Shown here piece after piece: positions 61,216 to 64,000 of a stretch of DNA of 64,000 bases. This DNA is from Mobula hypostoma (Eukaryota), in the NCBI RefSeq assembly GCF_963921235.1, contig NC_086101.1, positions 3,722,001 through 3,786,000 on the forward strand, in the 5' to 3' direction. Position 1 is the stretch's first letter. Every line of letters starts with the position of its first letter. The notes under the pieces are model-generated. The model ran no database searches. It was not told the DNA's origin and worked only from the letters and a program-made list of their open reading frames with translations. The translations under genes were made by a program, and so were the position numbers.

Positions 61216-61780
61216 TATTATGTGCCGTTGTAGTTTACCGATATTCGATGTGGATTTGTTGACTTGTATGCATCAAGCCGCGGCGTCCAGATGGCGGTGG
61301 GTGGGGGCGGGTGGGGGGGGGGGGTGGGGGTAGGTGGGCTTCGGGACTCTTTTTGCGTGATTGTGATCTTGTGTGTGTTTACTGTGTGTGATTGTTGCTA
61401 TGTGTCTTTACACTTTGTCCCCGTAGTAACGCCGTCTCGTTTGGCTGTTCATGAGTATTCATATGTGGTTAAATGACAATTAAACTTGAATTGAGTTGAA
61501 GAGGAAGAATGGACCGATTCTTATATTCAGGACCTTCACCGAATAGAGGAGAGAAGCATAAACCAGGATTCCGAGGGGAGAGAGTGGAAAATGGATGGTC
61601 GGTGAGAATTTTCTTGGTGTAGAGGTTAGGAGATACAATTGCATCCACACTCACGTTAATTGTCCAATAGTTTCATCTGTTGATAGAATAGTAACCTTAA
61701 TAAACAGTATCTAACATTATTGTTAAATAATTGATTTAAAACATGACTCTACACGGACTGTGGCAGCTTGAGTCGCTCAT

Positions 61781-63302
61781 TTCTGCGTCTGTATTTACTA
61801 AGGAAACTGACATGAAGTCTGTGGAATTGAGGGAATCAAGTAGTGAGATCATGGAAACTGTACAGATTGAAAAGGAGGAGGTGCTTGCTGTATTGAAGAA
61901 AATTAAAGTGGATAAATCCCCGGGACCTGACAGAGTGTTCCCTCGGACCTTGAAGGAGACAAATGTTGAAATTGCGGGGTCCCTGGCAGAAATATTTAAA
62001 ATGTCGCTGTCTATGGGTGACGTGCCGGAGGATTGGAGAGTGGCTCATGTTGTTCCGTTGTTTAAAAAAAGATCGAAAAGTAATACGGGAAGTTATAGGC
62101 CGGTGAGATTAACGTCGGTAGTAGGTAAGTTATTGGAGGGAGTACTAAGAGACAGAATCTACAAGTATTTGGATAGACAGGGACTTATTAGGGAGAGTCA
62201 ACACGGCGTTGTGCGTGGTAGGTCATGTTTGACCAATCTGTTGGAGTCTTTCGAGGAGGTTAGCAGGAAAGTGGATGAAGGGAAGGCAGTGGATATTGTC
62301 TACATGGACATCAGTAAGGCCTTTGACAAGGTCCCGCATGGGAGGTTAGTTAGGAAAGTTCAGTCGCTAGGTATACATGGAGAGGTGGTAAATTGGATTA
62401 GACATTGGCTCGATGGAAGAAGCCAGAGCGTGGTGGTAGAGAATTGCTTCTCCGAGTGGAGGCCTGTGACTAGTGGTGGGTCCATTGTTATTTGTCATCT
62501 ATATCAATGATCTGGATGATAATGTGGTAAATTGGATCAGCAAGTTTGCTGATGATACAAAGATTGGAGGTGTAGTAGACAGTGAGGAAGGTTTTCAGAG
62601 CCTGCAGAGGGACTTGGACAAGCTGGAAAAATGGACTAAAAAATGGCAGATGGAGTTTAATACAGACAAGTGTGAGGTATTGCACGTTGGAAGGACAAAC
62701 TAACGTAGAACATACAGGTTTAATGGTAAGGCACTGAGGAGTGCAGTGGAACAGAGGGATCTGGGAATACAGATACAAAATTCCCTAAAAGAATCGTCAC
62801 AGGTAGATAGGGTCGTAAAGAGAGCTTTTGGTACATTGGCCTTTATTAATCAAAGTATTGAGTATAAGAGCTGGAATGTTATGATGAGGTTGTATAAGGC
62901 ATTGGTGAGGCCGAATCTGGAGTATTGTGTTCAGTTTTGGTCACCAAATACAGGAAGGATATAAATAAGGTTGAAAGAGTGCAGAGAAGGTTTACAAGGA
63001 TGTTGCCGGGACTTGAGAAACTCAGTTACAGAGAAAGGTTGAATAGGTTAGGACTTTATTCCCTGGAGCGTAGAAGAATGAGGGGAGATTTGATAGAGGT
63101 ATATAAAATTATGATGGGTATAGATAGAGTGAATGCAAGTAGGCTTTTTCCACTGAGGCAAGGGGAGAAAAAAAAAACAGAGGACATGGGTTAAGGGTGA
63201 GGGAGAAAAGTTTAAAGGGAACATTAGTTGGGGGCTTCTTCACACAGAGAGTGGTGGGAGTATGGAATGAGCTGTAGTTTCTATGGTTTCTATGGTTTCT
63301 AT
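61781..63302 (+). mobile_element. 5'-truncated CR1, same subfamily as 24348-28602
   Basis: Near-identical to 26908-28600 with small deletions; (gtttctatg)n tail at 63277-63302. Confidence 0.93.
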
Positions 63303-63519
63303 TTAGCGCTTTTCAAGGACAGTCGGTGGGCAGTAAATGTTGGTGCTGCTGTCGACGCCCACATTCCAGAAACAATGAATTCTTGCCCCTCATTTTATAC
63401 TTTGACAATAAATTTACCCTACAATGATGCCCCCTGAACCGGTGTGGATGACGTCACTCTCCTCAGCTCTGAACTGATTCCAGCAGCTTTCCAGCACTCC
63501 AGCGTTTATTTATTATTTG

Positions 63520-64000
63520 TATCTCTGACTGGACGCCTGTGACTAGTGATGTGCCCCAGGGATCAGTGCTGGGTCCATTGCTGTTTGTCTTCAATATCAA
63601 CGATCTGCATGATAGTGTGGTAACCAGGGTCATCAGACTGGGGCACAGTGGACAGCGAGGAAGACTATCAAAGCTTACAGCGAGATCTGGTCCAGCTGGA
63701 AAAATAGACTGAAAACGGCAGATGGAATTTAATGGAAACAAGTGAGGTGTTGCACAGACACCTCACACAAAATGCTGCAGGAACTCAGCAGGCCCGACAC
63801 GTCGACTGTACTCTTTTCCATAGATGCTGCCTGGCCTGCTGAGTTCCTCCAGCATTTTGTGTGTGTTACTAGGAATTACAGGGTGAATGTCAGTGCACTG
63901 AGGACTGTCGTATAACAGAGGAATCTGGGAATACAGATCCGGAATTCCCTGAAAGTGGCGTCTCAGGTACAAAGGTTGTAAAGAAAGTGTTTGGCACAGT
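63520..64000 (+). mobile_element. CR1 RT fragment carrying an inverted Penelope pLTR insert (63763-63868)
   Basis: gtgccccagggatcagtgctgggtccattgctgttt ([12 protein letters not shown]); the insert has 31-bp inverted arms. Confidence 0.8.

Overview
This is eukaryotic, intron/intergenic-type DNA made almost entirely of nested retroelements. The repeat repertoire (CR1 LINEs with an SGNH-esterase ORF1, Rex1/Babar-like and RTE LINEs, Penelope-like elements, Gypsy and solo LTRs, tRNA-head SINEs, a Tc1 remnant) and the style of the one host exon suggest a cartilaginous fish, probably a ray or shark; this is an inference. The only host coding sequence I can support is an intact terminal B30.2/PRY-SPRY exon of a TRIM-like gene (15205-15737, +), with no recognisable upstream exons in the window. 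The most interesting non-coding observations are: (1) about ten copies of a minimal type-I hammerhead ribozyme motif in Penelope pseudo-LTRs, including ~100-140 bp insertions with 10-15 bp target-site duplications (TSDs); (2) a ~100-bp cassette carrying CTCF-like sites (core plus TGCAG module at 12-nt spacing, convergent pair) in four copies, two of which were hit independently by the Penelope inserts; (3) a CR1 with a twin-priming-type 5' inversion; (4) a ~10-kb-spaced segmental duplication; (5) a CR1>Gypsy>CR1 nested stack. All alignments were done by eye, so boundaries of old degraded elements are approximate.
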